DNA of 60,769 nt, counting the filler, from Platydemus manokwari (Eukaryota): NCBI GenBank assembly GCA_037951405.1. It is 6 parts of 6 records of this genome, joined end to end, with 100 filler letters (N's around TTAATTAATTAA, not from the genome) between each part and the next. Parts side by side here need not be neighbours in the genome. Positions count along the whole stretch, not along the records: positions 10,949 to 20,118 come from JBBMOY011288761.1; positions 20,219 to 29,347 come from JBBMOY011295317.1; 4 more parts are not named here. One strand, 5' to 3'. Both the position numbers and the translations under genes were made by a program. The notes beneath the pieces are model-generated. The model was not told the DNA's origin. It was given only the letters and a program-made list of their open reading frames with translations, and did not search any database. Numbering within the stretch: position 1 is the stretch's first letter; every line of letters starts with the position of its first letter. Below are positions 12,435-26,975 of this stretch, one piece after another.

Positions 12435-14571
12435 CTGTTGAACTCGATAGAAATCAGATTTGTGAAATTGTTGTACCTTCGACAAAACTTTGGACTGAAT
12501 AAAAACATTAAAGATATTCAGCAAATTAAAATATTCGGAGCCTATTTGTTCTCCAAACAAGAAATATAAAATAAAAATAATTTAAAATATTTTGATTTTT
12601 GAAATTTTAATGTCACTTTAACAAATGTGTTTCAAGGCAGTGTTTCAAATTAATATCAGGCCCTCGTAACAAATAAATAAAACTGATAAAAAGACACATC
12701 ATACCGTCAAACCCACTAATTATGTTGCCCAATTGACTAAATTAGGTCCAATAAATGAGAGATTATTTATTCAGATATAAATAATAGTGGTTTCGGTCAC
12801 CAGTGTCACATCTAGAAGAAATTAATTTTCCAATCTATCTTTAGATATTTGTTTTATAAATTTTATAATATAATCATACATATAATTAATAATTATCTTT
12901 TATAAATTAATGTGAGATACACTAATTTATAATCGTCTATTACTTTCTTCCAAGTGATGATAATATCCACTGCCTAATTACCTTTTATACAAAAACAAAA
13001 TGAAGCAGTTACCTTGACTATCATTTCAATATTCATTTTGATTTTTAATTCATAAAATAGCAAATATCACCGTTTGTTCTCTTCACACATGTGCTGTATG
13101 TACCTTACATATTATTCCAAAATATAGCTTTAAACGATTTATTCATCAACATCAATCATTATAATGCATTCATGTATTTATTTTCTAATTAGTATCTCCT
13201 CTTTTTCATTTCACAAATTCGTAAAATCATTATACTATCTAATCATAAGAAAATTTTCGGTTTGAGACTTGAATCAATTGAATCATTTTTAGCTGACCTA
13301 GGAGGACTTACCGTCATATCCAACTGGTAAGTACAGTTGATGAGTTCTTTTAATTTCATCTTATTTAAGCAACAATCTTTGAATTGATTATTGTAATGGT
13401 TAATATTTTACTCTAAACAATAAATTTAATGATAAATTTAACAATAAATTTAACTAATGGAAAAGCGAATATTTGCTCCTAATTGACCGGGCTTCATAAT
13501 ACGTTTTCTCTATATTAGCTTATTATTATATGACATTGTTACCAAGTTGGTAGAACATAGGTGTTGAAAAAGTTTTCTTATCAGCGTCATCACATAAAAT
13601 CACATAAAAAAGAACATTGCGAAAAATAGATAAAATTGTATACGAAAACGAATATGAGACCAGTTGGTCAGTGACTATTTCTTATCAGTCACGGTTTTTT
13701 ATCACGAAAAACTTTTTTTAGCTACTTACAACATATTCATAGTTATAAACATTTTTAATAAACGTATAACCTCTTGAGTAGCAACTGAAACCATTGCATA
13801 ATAAGTCACCCTTATATTTTTCAAACCTGACCAAATAGAAATGAATAAGAATACTTACTCTATATTATAGCTCTTTGTCTTAGACTTGTTTCAGCGGTTT
13901 CGACCCAATATGACGAGGAGGGTTTATTAGTTATGAACTTTCGAAGAGATTAAGATAAGGTGTTAAATAGTTGTATTTTTTAAAACTTAGTATAGTTCAA
14001 AATGACTGTTATTGTAAGTTCCGATGCTTTTTATTGTATTTTTGTTGCTAATAAACATATTGCAACTCAGTAAGACTTGGTTATGGATCGTAACCTAATT
14101 ATTTTAATAAAGTAATCTTCGATTGCTAAATCACCACAGATTATTGAGAACAGAGTCAATTTTAATAAGAAATAAGCCCCGAGTGAGGCGAGTTATCAAG
14201 GAAACTCAAATTGTGATAAGGTTCATATTCCCACTAAAATCATCGGCTACACTTTTCCTCTTGTTTCTCTACAAGTTGTTGAACGCCAAGATTAATTAGA
14301 ACTCAAGATACGCATATAAGTTGTAGATAGTGATTGAAGGCCAAAATGGAACTAGCAAATACAGAAATTGTTATAATAAAAATTAAAACAGACATCAAAA
14401 GTAATAAAATCATTTCAACTAATTTGTTAAAGTCTACACAATTAAAGATAATTGGCTCTAAAAGTTCAAATAAGTTGACCGTTGACAACAATCTTTAATG
14501 GTTACAGGTCAATCTAAGATATATCATTGGTTGAAATTAGTTTTAAAAATTGATTTTTATTTTTTAAAAAA

Positions 14572-14602
<31 letters not shown>

Positions 14603-17124
14603 TTTGAGGTAGTCTTTATTCTTGATTAATGTCATTTTTTACAATCATAATGATTAGAATATTTAAAAATAAAAATAATCCCAGACTCGTTTTAAAATTT
14701 GTAAAAAAAATAATATAATTTGATTTAAATTCTTCATAGAAATAAAATTTCAACAACAATTCCATCATAAACAACACAAATAACGTCGATTTCTATGCCA
14801 CAAATACAATTTTGATGAACTTATCCGATAATGATAATTCAGCTCTGTTTTAGTTCGTGCTCTGCTTTTTAAACTAGATTTGTTCACGTAATTTTGAAAA
14901 CATCGTTTCATATTACTAGATAATAAGTGAAAATTAATTGAAGACACGCATTGTGAACAAGTGTTTAGTCATCCATGCGACAAATAAACATCTATAAAAG
15001 AAAAATCGATTATTAAGATTGATAGAAAAAAATTCATCAATTTGTAAAGTTGTGCTACATTACTCTATATGAATGGATGAAGAAAATTCTAAATGCTTGG
15101 AAAGACGAAAAAGCTATTTCAACAAGAAAAAACGGTATTATTTTGACATTATTAATTCAGTATTAAATATTAAATTTAACGTTTATTTATAATTTTCTGA
15201 ATACCATAAAAAGATGAATAGACAACTCGTAAATATATCAAAAATATTAAGTCATTAAATATATAAACAGTATATCTTGCAATAATTTGATACTTTAATC
15301 TCAATTTTATATTTAATTTTGGTTGCATTAAGCACTTTTCATATCTTTAACCGATCTGAAAATGTGCTTTCATCCATTTCGTCTATATCAGCATCTGCAA
15401 TGATGGAATTTGATGATTATTATTATCCAGAATAATGTTATCGGAATACCACTCTGTTAAAATCCATTGATAAGAACTTTTAATTATAAGTTCTTACGAT
15501 TAATTTAATGCTCTGATAGATTCTAATTTTAGAGTTATTTCATGCTATGATCTCATCGACGTTTTTATTAGTTGTAATAAGTTGTTTAGATTTAATATGT
15601 ATGAGAAAAGGTGCTTGTAAAAAATTATCTCAAGATGTTTGAAAATGATAAAACATAATAAAATGACATAACAAATGGTATTATCAATGGTGCAGTTATT
15701 TAAAAAATCTATTTGAGAACAACCAATATTTTTCTGCGTTCTTTAACAGGTTTGTCTGAATTTAAATTCTCGTTTCAATAGATTAGTGCGACCATGACGA
15801 TAATAAAATTACAATAATGAAGAATCATATTAAATGTTCTCAATGAAATTCAGATTTTTGTGTTCATTTCATCCAGTTTGTTTTGACCTATATAAAAAAG
15901 CGAGTTCATCAAGGAACACCATGTCACTCATCTTAATCTTAAAATTGCACGCGAATTATGTGAAATGTTAAATATCTTGAAAAATATTGGAATTCTCATT
16001 TTTTATTTTATTTCTATTGAAATAATAATGTTCCGTGATTGACAATAACATGAATGGCAACAATCATTTCAAGGTTTGGTTTAGTTTTCCATTTTATCGG
16101 ACATAAGACAAGCAATCTCAAATGCTTTTTTGAAGGTATAGTGTAAAGGATGTTATTGTGTACAAAATGGTTGAAGATACATTCTCTGTTTTGTTCTTTA
16201 AATAATAAGCGGTTTACAGACTCCTTATTCTATCCTCACAGAGCTCGTGGTTCCTTGGAACATAGGTTGAAAACCACCGGAGTATCATTACTATTTTTGT
16301 TATATAATAACACTATTGAAGCTACCACATATTTATTTTATATTATACTTTTCTTAAATATATTTATTTATTATTATTAGTTAAAATATTATTATTAAAT
16401 AAATCTATTTAAAATTTGAGTACAATAAAAACCTTCCTAACAAATAACAAAGTGTCAATAATATAATAAGATATCAATAAATCATTTAGTGCTGACTCGG
16501 AAAATTTGTTTGATTGTATTAAAATAAGACATTGTTCAAAATTGTTAATCAGTTTTCGTTTTTATTTTGTAGGAGTCACAATGTAGCTTTTGCTGATTTC
16601 GAAATCAATGATCCAAGGTGATTTATTTTTAATTATAACAGCTATTTAAGATTTTTTAATATTAAACTTTTTCATTAAATTCCTTTTGGAAAATTTTTAT
16701 TTTCAAAGTTTTTTATGATTTCATCAGAATTCGTTGAAGAGTATTTTAAAATTGCATTTAATAAAATCTTTTGCTGAAAAATTGAAGATAAACTTTGTAC
16801 AGAGGGTTTCACATTTATCAATTATTTCAACAATAATTTGAAAAAATCAACTACATCTAGGGACATTCTTTATAAATAAAACTTTTGTTGCTCGTAGTTG
16901 GTCGATATGTTTTAATGGATGATTATTGGATTTCAACATTGTTATTCATAAAGAAATGTTGTAAACATTTATCTATCGCATCACAAAATATAATAAAATG
17001 AATCCATCTTTTTTATTGTTAATATTAATGCTAGTATGGATTATATTATTGATCAATTGATTATATTTAATTTATATGAATTATAAACGTATCTTGATAT
17101 TAAAGTATGTTTTTATCATTGAAT

Positions 17125-18207
17125 AAAGGGGTTTCCAAACTATGCATTGAGATCCAATAAAACTTTACTGTGATCTCCTTTTTTTGATAAACGATCATCA
17201 ATAAAATTCATTAGTGATTATTTATTTTTCAATGTTTAAAATTATAAATCATTCAAACAGAATGTTTGTAAATATTGAAAAATTCTTTTACTAAGTAAAT
17301 GAAAATCAAACAATATATTGTATAGGGCTTACTGTGACAAAGAATAGACCGATAAAATATGTTATTTATGCAGTGATTATAATACAAAAATTAAAATTAA
17401 TTACTTGATTTGATTTGTAACAAAAATTTATTCTCATTACAATTGTCATGAGATCGTCTAAGAAAGTATTTAATCTCGTTACACTTCTTGATAAGTTTCA
17501 CCTTTTTCAAGACTTTGTTTTTTCAACAACCATTTATCCGTGTTCAATACACTGCACAAAATTCGAGACAGATCAGTATATTATTAACAATTAATATATC
17601 AGTATTACTTTGATTGCAGACACCATCGGTTGATTAATCATTCGAGTCACCCATCAATATTTGATATATAAATAGCCATTTATTAAGCATGTTTTTTGTT
17701 CATCCACTCGAAATTGTGATGTCTCAAGTGCTAATTTTAAATGATCATATTTTGAAATGAGAAGCCTGCAGAATATGATCATGATTTGTTATTTGATAAT
17801 TATGTAAATATCACATTTTTCTCCATGGATAATAGTATAATATATCATGAAATGGGTTTAATTCTTCTATACGCATTGCATGAAATGACAACGAAATGAA
17901 AGAAAACCAAAGGATAATTTTATTCGATGATTTTTTTAAAATATTTTTCATTAAATTAATTTTATAAAATTTGATAACAGTGATTTAAAACAATTTATAA
18001 TTATTGATGTCAACATAATGACTCATCATCATAACAGTTATTCATATAAATTCAAAATTCAGTAGAAACTCATTTTGTCAATGACATCAAGTTCAAATTA
18101 TCACTATTCAGAGCCACTAAACGTTTTTGAAAATATATTAATGTTTATTATTTAAAATATATTTTGTACAACTAATAGAGCACGTGACTTAGTTTGGAAA
18201 CTCCTTG
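17125..18207. mobile_element. Possible non-autonomous hAT-type element
   Basis: Inverted ends AAAGGGGTTTCCAAACT (17125-17141) and AGTTTGGAAACTCCTTG (18191-18207) match 15/17; no 8-bp TSD seen. Another hAT-like end, AGGTTGAAAACCACCG, lies at 16264-16279. Confidence 0.4.
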
Positions 18208-20118
18208 ATGTAGTGTGTAATCGAAATATAAAATCATTTATTTCAGGAGTTCATTTCTCGTAACATGTACTCTTCTGTTTACCATGAGTCATTTATTTTG
18301 TGGAATCGTTATTCCACTTTCAGATTCCTTTATCACCAATAGTGGCACCAATATTGGCCATTCATATTATTTAGAGGTATTTTTTTCATATTTGTCTTAT
18401 TTATTCTTTATTTAAACAAATAATTATCAATTGATATCAAAAAACATCAAACAGCAGTAGCAATTTACGATGTCTGTTTTCTGTTGGTCAACTGAATCAT
18501 TAAATAACAAAGTATTCTTTCTATAAAAAATATCATCAATTGTTTTGATAATTTTACAAATTAACCAATTAAATCAAAATATCGTAATTGATATCTTGTA
18601 CAAAGAAAATTTAATAGACTTTACAAAGCTAATTTAGGAAAAAGGTTTGTTTATCATTGATGTGATATGATGAAGTGGTTTGTCCGATAACCTCCATACT
18701 TAACGATGTATTTATAGAACCTGATTCTATCAACCGTCCATGTCAATATTTTTTAACTCTTCATCACTATGAACCATTCAATATGTTCTTGAATTTTTTA
18801 AATGTTTTTTACACTATTTATGCGAATATCATATTTTATACCTGTTATTACATTACCATTATTTTGGAGTTATTATTAAAATATATTATGCTAAAATTTC
18901 ACCATGTCCTGAAGTATTGAATATATGCATTAAACAATAGGATGATGATGGCAGTGAGAAATAGATAAACTAGATTACACATAAGACTCCAATAATATTT
19001 ACAAAGTTTTGTCCTTTGACTTATCTGCTACTGAAAATTATTGATAGCTATTCAGCTTATCTTCAAACAATATTGTCAAAAGTGACTCTCTAATATCAAG
19101 TCGCAGTTTAATTGTCTAGTATTACATCACAGTCGGTTGATTAAATGGGCCCTTTAATTAGTATGTCATTAAATGTAAAACTTAAATTCTATTTATACCA
19201 ATAGATGTATCTTAACAAAATAATGGTTTAGATTTTATAATATTAAATGTGTGACGTAAATTTGTTCATTTGTGATATTATTTTCCTGCAAAAATATATC
19301 AACAAATAAATTCGAATAAATCATTTGCAAAAATAATACAAAAGACAATTTAATGTGGGATATTGTGGAAATCAACTGATATATTGTACATATCACTAAT
19401 CCAATGAATTCAATTTGCAATGATTTATAGAATGGGACTAGACGGTTGTTGAAGATCCACATAAATGAACGGATCAATTCAGGAACTACTTTTTCTATTA
19501 TGAAATATTTAAGAAAAACGATTGACGAAACTTGTAGATGAAAAATAACTCTTCTAGAGTATTAATATTGATTATTTAATTGTCAGAACTTGTTTTAATG
19601 AGGTGGTCGTTCATAATGAAAAATCAATTACTTAAGCATTGTTATAAAATACTCAAAAAATAATTTACAATTCAAAAACAAATACGATATCCATATTTTT
19701 TTAGTTTTTCAAAAAAATTTTAAAAATTAAATTGATAAACCCTATTTTATTTTAACATATTCGAAAAAAATAACTCAGCTTTGTAAGTTTATCAGCGATT
19801 TTGGTTAACACATTCACTGGCTCTACAATAACAAGAAAACGAGATATGCATACGAGCATTACCGTTAAATAAACTGATGAAGACTTAGTGCCGCAGGACA
19901 CACTTAAACTACAATTATTCGGTACCAATATTAGAAATTTGTTTTATTCATGTGTAATAAAAATTGTTAAATCAATAAATGAGGTTAGTTTTTCATGGCA
20001 TAAACAAAGAAAAATTATGTAAAAGATCTGTTAAGATAGAAAGAAACTATATTTATTATAATAATAAAAATATGCAACTTTCCTTAGTAATTTATCTAAA
20101 TAAGAAATTTGGGTGATT

Positions 20119-20218
20119 NNNNNNNNNNNNNNNNNNNNNNNNNNNNNNNNNNNNNNNNNNNNTTAATTAATTAANNNNNNNNNNNNNNNNNNNNNNNNNN
20201 NNNNNNNNNNNNNNNNNN
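20119..20218. other. Artificial contig spacer
   Basis: N44-TTAATTAATTAA-N44. Confidence 0.98.
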
Positions 20219-23200
20219 CTAATACTACTATTTAAAAAATCCAATGAGTCAAAAATAATTACAAATAATAATATATTCATAATAATAAAGTTTAATGTCT
20301 TATCATAATGTTATAATAAGTATAAATTTATTAATTATTTTTTTATCATTTTTTTTTGCTTATCTGTTCTTTACTTATTTTTTGACCATAATTATTTGAT
20401 TTGTAAATAATAATATATATTTTATTGAAATATTTTTCAATGTCAATAAAAATAATTCAATTTTTTACAATGAAAAATAATCAGATGTTTATAGGTTCAA
20501 TCAAAAATTATAATCGATTGTCAAGTTTGTACATTTACAAAAGTTATAAGGTCAGATATCAAGAGTTTAAATAAATTATCATTAATGTTTGATTATTAAA
20601 ACATGCACAAAGATTATTATCACAGTTTTTTTCTCTTTATTGACGAATGAATGAATAGGCTATCTGAGCAGTCCCTTAGAATTCTTGCTGACTCCTAGAC
20701 ATCCAGTTTCACATCCCAGTTTCTCATCCCCTATGTCTCCTATTTCGAGTTTGGTTCAATTGGATTTGGTTTAACTGATGCGGTCGATTTTTAAGCTCTT
20801 TGGCTGTGAATGATTGGGGTAGTGACGTTGGGTGTGATGTTGATGATTGGGATAGTGCTGTGAGGCTTGATGTGAATAATGTGTTTGTTTCTTTTGTTGC
20901 TTGGCGTTTCTCCCTGAATATTCTGTTCTTCCATTCACTGTATAAGCTGATAGTAACGGGAGCTTTTTCTTCATTTTTCTCCTCACTGTCTGAGTAGAGC
21001 ACTAGTCGGTCAATTGTTTCCCAACACACTTAATAAAAATAAGGCTTTAGAACTACTTTTATAAAACATAAACGTAGAATATTTTATAAACAATTCCAGA
21101 AATGCCTAACGATTAATAAATATTTTAAACAGGCAATACAATATTATTTTTGATATAACCATTTAATATATTTTATTGAGTTTGTTTTGTTTCATTCCTT
21201 TCATTATTTCTATGTACGATATCTGTAAATATAAATTGTTGAGTTTTACTTTAGTTTGTAGCAAGTTTGTAGGATGTGATAATTATTTGAGTATTAAAAC
21301 CCTATGAAGTCTTTGAGCTCTAAATACTTTAATTATAACATTTAATTAGTACACCTGTTTATGTATGTAATTATGAATAATATAGAATTAATTATAGAAT
21401 AATAATAGAATAAATAGCTTGATCTAATTGATATTACAGTAAGTACAACTCAGTAATAACTGTAAGAATCAAATAAAAATACAATAAAATCACAACATGA
21501 CATATTATTATAACAATGGTAATAGAATAAACGAGGTATCAGGAACTTTCATTTTTAATTCTCTGACTATTGCGAGGCTCTAATATGATAGAACTGTAAA
21601 AAAAATTTATGTCTCTCATCCCCGTAAGAGTCTTCAAATGATTTTATCGGTTTTTAGTCCCAATGGCACTGTGATTATTACTATAAATTTGTTGATATTT
21701 TAATTATTTATTCAGTTTAGTCTATAATCGTAATAGAATATGAGTTATTTAATAATTTACAGATTTGAATTATATGATAATTAATTGTTTAGAAAGTCAC
21801 TTAAATAAAATAGAATTGAACTTACAAAGTTGCTAGAATTTTCCAAAGAAATAATTGAAAATTACACTCAAGTACAATATATCACTTTTCATCGATAAAT
21901 TCACTGGTTTTTTAATGAATAATATAACCTTTGTGGATTTCGCTTTACGAAGTCTTTCTATATTAAATATGATTCTTAAGTTGTTTGATAAAATCCGGTT
22001 TTAATTTCAAAGGTCTGAATAAATTTGGTACTGTTGGTTCAAATAAGTTAATATATTAAATGCAATGTTGTAGTCTTGAGTAAATAAATAGACTTATTTA
22101 ATTAATTCAATAGTCATGTTAAGTCACAGTAAACTTCTTTGTAGGTAATTTTTCGGGTGGCTTTATGGAGTATTTACTTTTATTTATGGTCGTAAATTTT
22201 CTTTGTTGTATCTTTATCATGTTTATGGATATTATCTATACTATTTTTATCCATCCATTCTTGTTGTTAATATTTTTAGATAACAATACTCTTTAATTTA
22301 TTATGATTTCGATAAGGGCAATAATTTTCAATGTAAGATGAGTCATATCTTTTGAAAATTTTTAAGTTTTGAGTTAATTTCATTATAAAATTTAGATTGA
22401 TTACCCGTACACCTTAATATATTTTAAAAAAAATTCGGAGTACTAAAAATTTCATATTAACTCTTTGATTTTGTTGGGATAAAAATATGTGAGATTTTAA
22501 TTTTAATAACGAATATATAAATGTCAAAATCTAATAATATTGTGTAATATCTTTTATATCTATTGAATCAAGAGATAACCATAATTATACATCCAGTGTA
22601 GCTAAATATTATCAAAATACAACTTCAAAATTAAATTATAAAAAATCGTTGAAATATTCTAGATAAATATTTTGTCTATCTTGTTTGTTTACTTGGAAAA
22701 ATTATAAATGTTGGATCCATTTCAAAAACATTATATGAAGTTTGCTGAAAAAACTAATGAATCGCGGTTTTTTAAATTCAAGGCATTGCAGTCCAGAGCA
22801 AATAGAACTGGTATCGGATTAATTTTTGGTGTCATTGCAATTTGTTAGGATTTTTAAATTATTTGAATCAATTGATGAATATAATTTCAGATACATATAC
22901 TATCATTAATATGAAGCAAGAAAAGTTTGATGATTTAGAATAATTTTATAGAAAATATACTTTTAGCCTAATTTAAATTTTTGTACTATATGTAGTAAAC
23001 ATTTTAATATTAATATAGTAGTATCTTAAGTTTTGTATTTTACTCGATTTGAATTGAATTAAACAATTAATTTAAATTTTCATTAACATTCAGCTTATGT
23101 TTCTCCTCAACTCATGAATGTATTTTCCTTACCGTCTTAGTCTCATCGAACAGATTTCACATTTATAGTATTAGAATACATTCGAATATTAACCCAAAGA

Positions 23201-23307
23201 TTTTAGTTAATTTTAATAAATTTAAATCTAAATAATTTTTAAAAAAATATAACATTTATTGAATTAAACTGAAAAATGATGATAATCGTTATATGTTCTT
23301 CTTCGCA

Positions 23308-26300
23308 TTACGACTTGTCTCCGGTACGAGAAAGTGCTTCTGGAGAAATCTTGTTCCCGGTCAAATCATTGATTAATTTTGCTATACTTTGCAGTCTATT
23401 TATTTCAGTTATTTTTTCTTTTAACGTCTCTTCCGATTTCGCTAACAAATTCCTCAATTTATCACTACATTCCTCGGCATTTGCGCGTCTTTCTGTTTCT
23501 TTCTCATATTTCTGTTCAACTTCCATCAATTTCGAATACTGATTCGCTAATTCCTCTCTTTTCATTGAAAGTTCTCTGTCTTTCATTTCCAGTTCTCGTT
23601 TGTATCTATCAGAAAAAATCAATTTCAATAATAGACATATCCACCCACTTATCCAATTGCTCGCTATGATCAACAATAATCTGTTTCTGTTGATCTACGG
23701 TTCGTTGGATGTCAACATGATGTAACATGAGTTTGCGAAATTTGCTCTCATTATTCATTGATTTAATTTGATATTCATTAGCCAGATTTTTACTATGGCG
23801 AATATAATCATCTTTGACGGCGATAAAATTCTCCAATTTTGCTTGATGATCCTAGGGGAAGAAATATTTTAATCCTCCCTCATATACTGCCAATAGATAA
23901 TTATCTCACTCGTAAATTTTTAATTTCATCCGCAAATAATAAAGTGATCTCTGAATCGGTAAATTGTTTCTTAATAAAACAAACAAATGAATAACAATTC
24001 CATTGATATAATGATTTACATTTTCATTGTTCATCCAGGAATTGATGATATTTTGTACAGATTTCTGATATTTTAATGAAACATCATCAATAATGGGTGA
24101 TATTTTGTTCAATGAATATGAATGATTATGATGATGATTACTATTGTGTTTTAAATGATTCTGACAATTATTATGAAATCGTTTCGTATTTGTACTCATC
24201 AGTTGACCTAATCTGAAATGTAAATAAATATTGATATCATTTTGTTTTAATCATTTGATTATAATTCTAAAAGAAAGGCGGCAATTTAATCAGATATCAT
24301 TATATCAATTATTAATGACCAAATATATAACAAAATCGATATCACAAGCCCCTCTGTTTTTAGTTAAGATAATTTTAGGTCTTATTATGCTGATCTGATA
24401 CAATTATCGATATTTATTCTCACTGATCCATTTGATTTGCTATTAATCAACAGGATCGTTGCCATGACATAAAGTGGTTTCATTGTCTCGAGGAGTCCAT
24501 GTCTCATTGAAGCAAAATGATTCTTAGATGTCAATGCAAAATTGGCCATCAAATTTTAATTTTTTTCTTATTTTTATTAAAAAAAAATAAAATGATAACA
24601 AATATTAAAGAATTATATATTAAATGACATAATATAATCTCAATATAATTAATAATGATAATATATAAAATATTGATTTATTATTGAGCATGTGTGCTGA
24701 TCGAATACCATTCAATAAATGAAGAAATCCACCTCCCCCCATATCCCATGAACTCAATAACTTACCGTGTTACATCATAATCCGGTAATTGCGATGATAT
24801 TGTCATCAAAACAATGGCCCGCTCAATATAAACATGATCAATGCTATACGTGAAACAAGTGACGAGAATGTCCATGAATGAATTCTTCATCAGAATGCCA
24901 TTGAATGTTTTCCGGCATATCAATGATGGGTGTGTGAATGACATGCTAATACCGAAATAAACCAGTGAAACAGCCAATCTCGATCCAATAATGCTACAGA
25001 TATAAAATCGATATTATCGAAAATCAATATTAATCTCTACACACATACAACCAGTTATTTGATTGGCAGAACGTGTTATTTATTTCATTGATAGCACCTC
25101 TCTCCTCCGCCAATAATGAATTGAGTTTATCATCAATCAGATTCGTCACAAATGATTCCACAAACGGTACTAATTGAATTGTTGCCGCAATATTGGCAAT
25201 ATAACCACTGAAATCGGCATGTTTTGTCATTGTTATCAACATATTTAATGTTGCAAGTGCTTGCATGGCCGAATGGAGATAATTCCTGGTTGATATCGAG
25301 TTGGATTTAACATTGAGACCAGCACGGGCTGCTTGTAAACTGGTCTTGACTGAATTAGTGATTATGTAGCAATAATCCCCAGTGAGACTGATGTCGATTC
25401 TGATTGGCTGATTGAATTCATATGTTTAATTACACACACACACACACAATCACAAAACACAACTTGGAAATAATTCTGCAAAACACGCCAAGCCATTATG
25501 ACAACTCGATCGCATTTTGCACTCGTCAATGAATTGAGATATTCGAAAAATTTCGAATTGGGTTGAATCAAATAATTCTCAATGACACTACCCCATTCGG
25601 GAATGATATCTTTGACAGAACAAAACAATTGGAGCATCTAAACTGTGATTAATCAATAACAATATTCCATAAATTGTGTGAAACCTTTTCCACATATATC
25701 AATGGACATTCGAATATGAGTGACTTACAAATGGATTTGTAATGTTTCACTGTCCATTCTCTGGAACATTTCGTTCATCAATTGAGTATTAATAATCGAT
25801 TTTACCTTCGAATAAAGTCGACAAGCACTTGATTATTGAGAATGTCGTTGAGTAACAATGTTCCATAGAGATAAACGACTGATTGGCCGTTGGAATTCGA
25901 TTCTGTTATTGATTTATAAATCACCTCAAACAAAATTTCCGAATTTCTCAACGCAAAACTCTATGAAAAAACCAAACCAAATATTTAAAAACCCCTTTAA
26001 AAAAAGATCTCAAATTTCTCACAGATTTATCATCACAAGTCTGACAAAAACACGACAGTGCATACAGAGGACTAACTGGTGAAAATTTATCCGATTCACA
26101 AATGTTTACCATTAGTTTCTTAAAAGATTTGAAAACATCCTGCCACAGAAAATGACAAATTAATCAAATAAATCATTCCGATATAGTAAACGAACAATTT
26201 CAACGAAAGAATTTATCGATAATTCACCGACATAACGACGACAAATCAAGCTCAATGTGGATAAATAACTATCAAATAAATCACCGAAGGTATTCGAATT

Positions 26301-26975
26301 ATTCATTGAAATCAATGATTCGACAATAGATCGAAATGTATTTATGATTTTGCTATGCTCAATTAATCGTTTCGATCCTAAATTGCAACAAAAATCTTGG
26401 CATTCAATGAAGATTTTATTTTCAAATTCTTCAAATAGTAAATATGTTTCGAAACATTTCAACATCTGAAATATAAAACTTATTCGTAAGTCTTTATCGT
26501 CTCGGTTTACCGTTTATATAGAAAATGAATAGATATAATAATAATTTACCTTGCTTCTGACGAAAGTATTAGTTTCGTTATAAAATTCATTAAATAAAAT
26601 GGATAAAATCCCAAAATTCTCAACCAAATACCATGCTAAGTCATCAAATTTAGCTAAAAAGTCAAAATATTTACATACTTTTTAAATAAAGCATATTAAA
26701 TACCTGAAATAACAAAGATGTCTAGGATTGATGTTTTTAAAATAACAACTTCTGAATTTGTTTCCTTATAAGAAAACAATTTAAATAATATATTAAACAT
26801 GTCATCCAAATCATCTATCATGCATCTGGGATTTTGGATAATTGTCTAAATTTGACATTTAATTAGCTTAAATAAATTCATGAATATACCTCTATCAAGT
26901 TTTGAAGTTCTGCTGTATTATAATAAGCCCGAAAATCAGGGCCTAACTCTTTAAGTTTTTGATAAATTGACATCT
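23308..26975 (-). CDS. CIP2A: CIP2A-like protein (armadillo-type N-terminus plus C-terminal coiled coil), multi-exon; 5' end uncertain
   Basis: Exons are split by short GT-AG introns. Segments are collinear with human CIP2A as I recall it: LQLFCSV (LLAFCSV), LITMTKHADFSGYIANI (LLTLCGDDTLKMHIAKI), SSQLPDY (AAPLPDF), terminal IAKLINDLTGNKISPE (IAMIHSLSGGKINPE). Some splice phases are unresolved. Confidence 0.75.

Noticed and set aside
12348-12569. Poly-Leu ORF
   Set aside because: Translation of a (TTA)n microsatellite.
13306-13332. ACTTACC...GGTAAGT hairpin as snRNA or SL RNA
   Set aside because: 7-bp stem only; no further U1 or spliced-leader similarity recognised.
20640-22400. Decayed coding-like DNA including the 101-aa ORF 21029-20724; similar stretches at about 7300-8150, 14080-14950, 27700-28900 and 52480-53000
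   Set aside because: Probably old TE relics with vague knuckle-like motifs, but nothing diagnostic enough to name.
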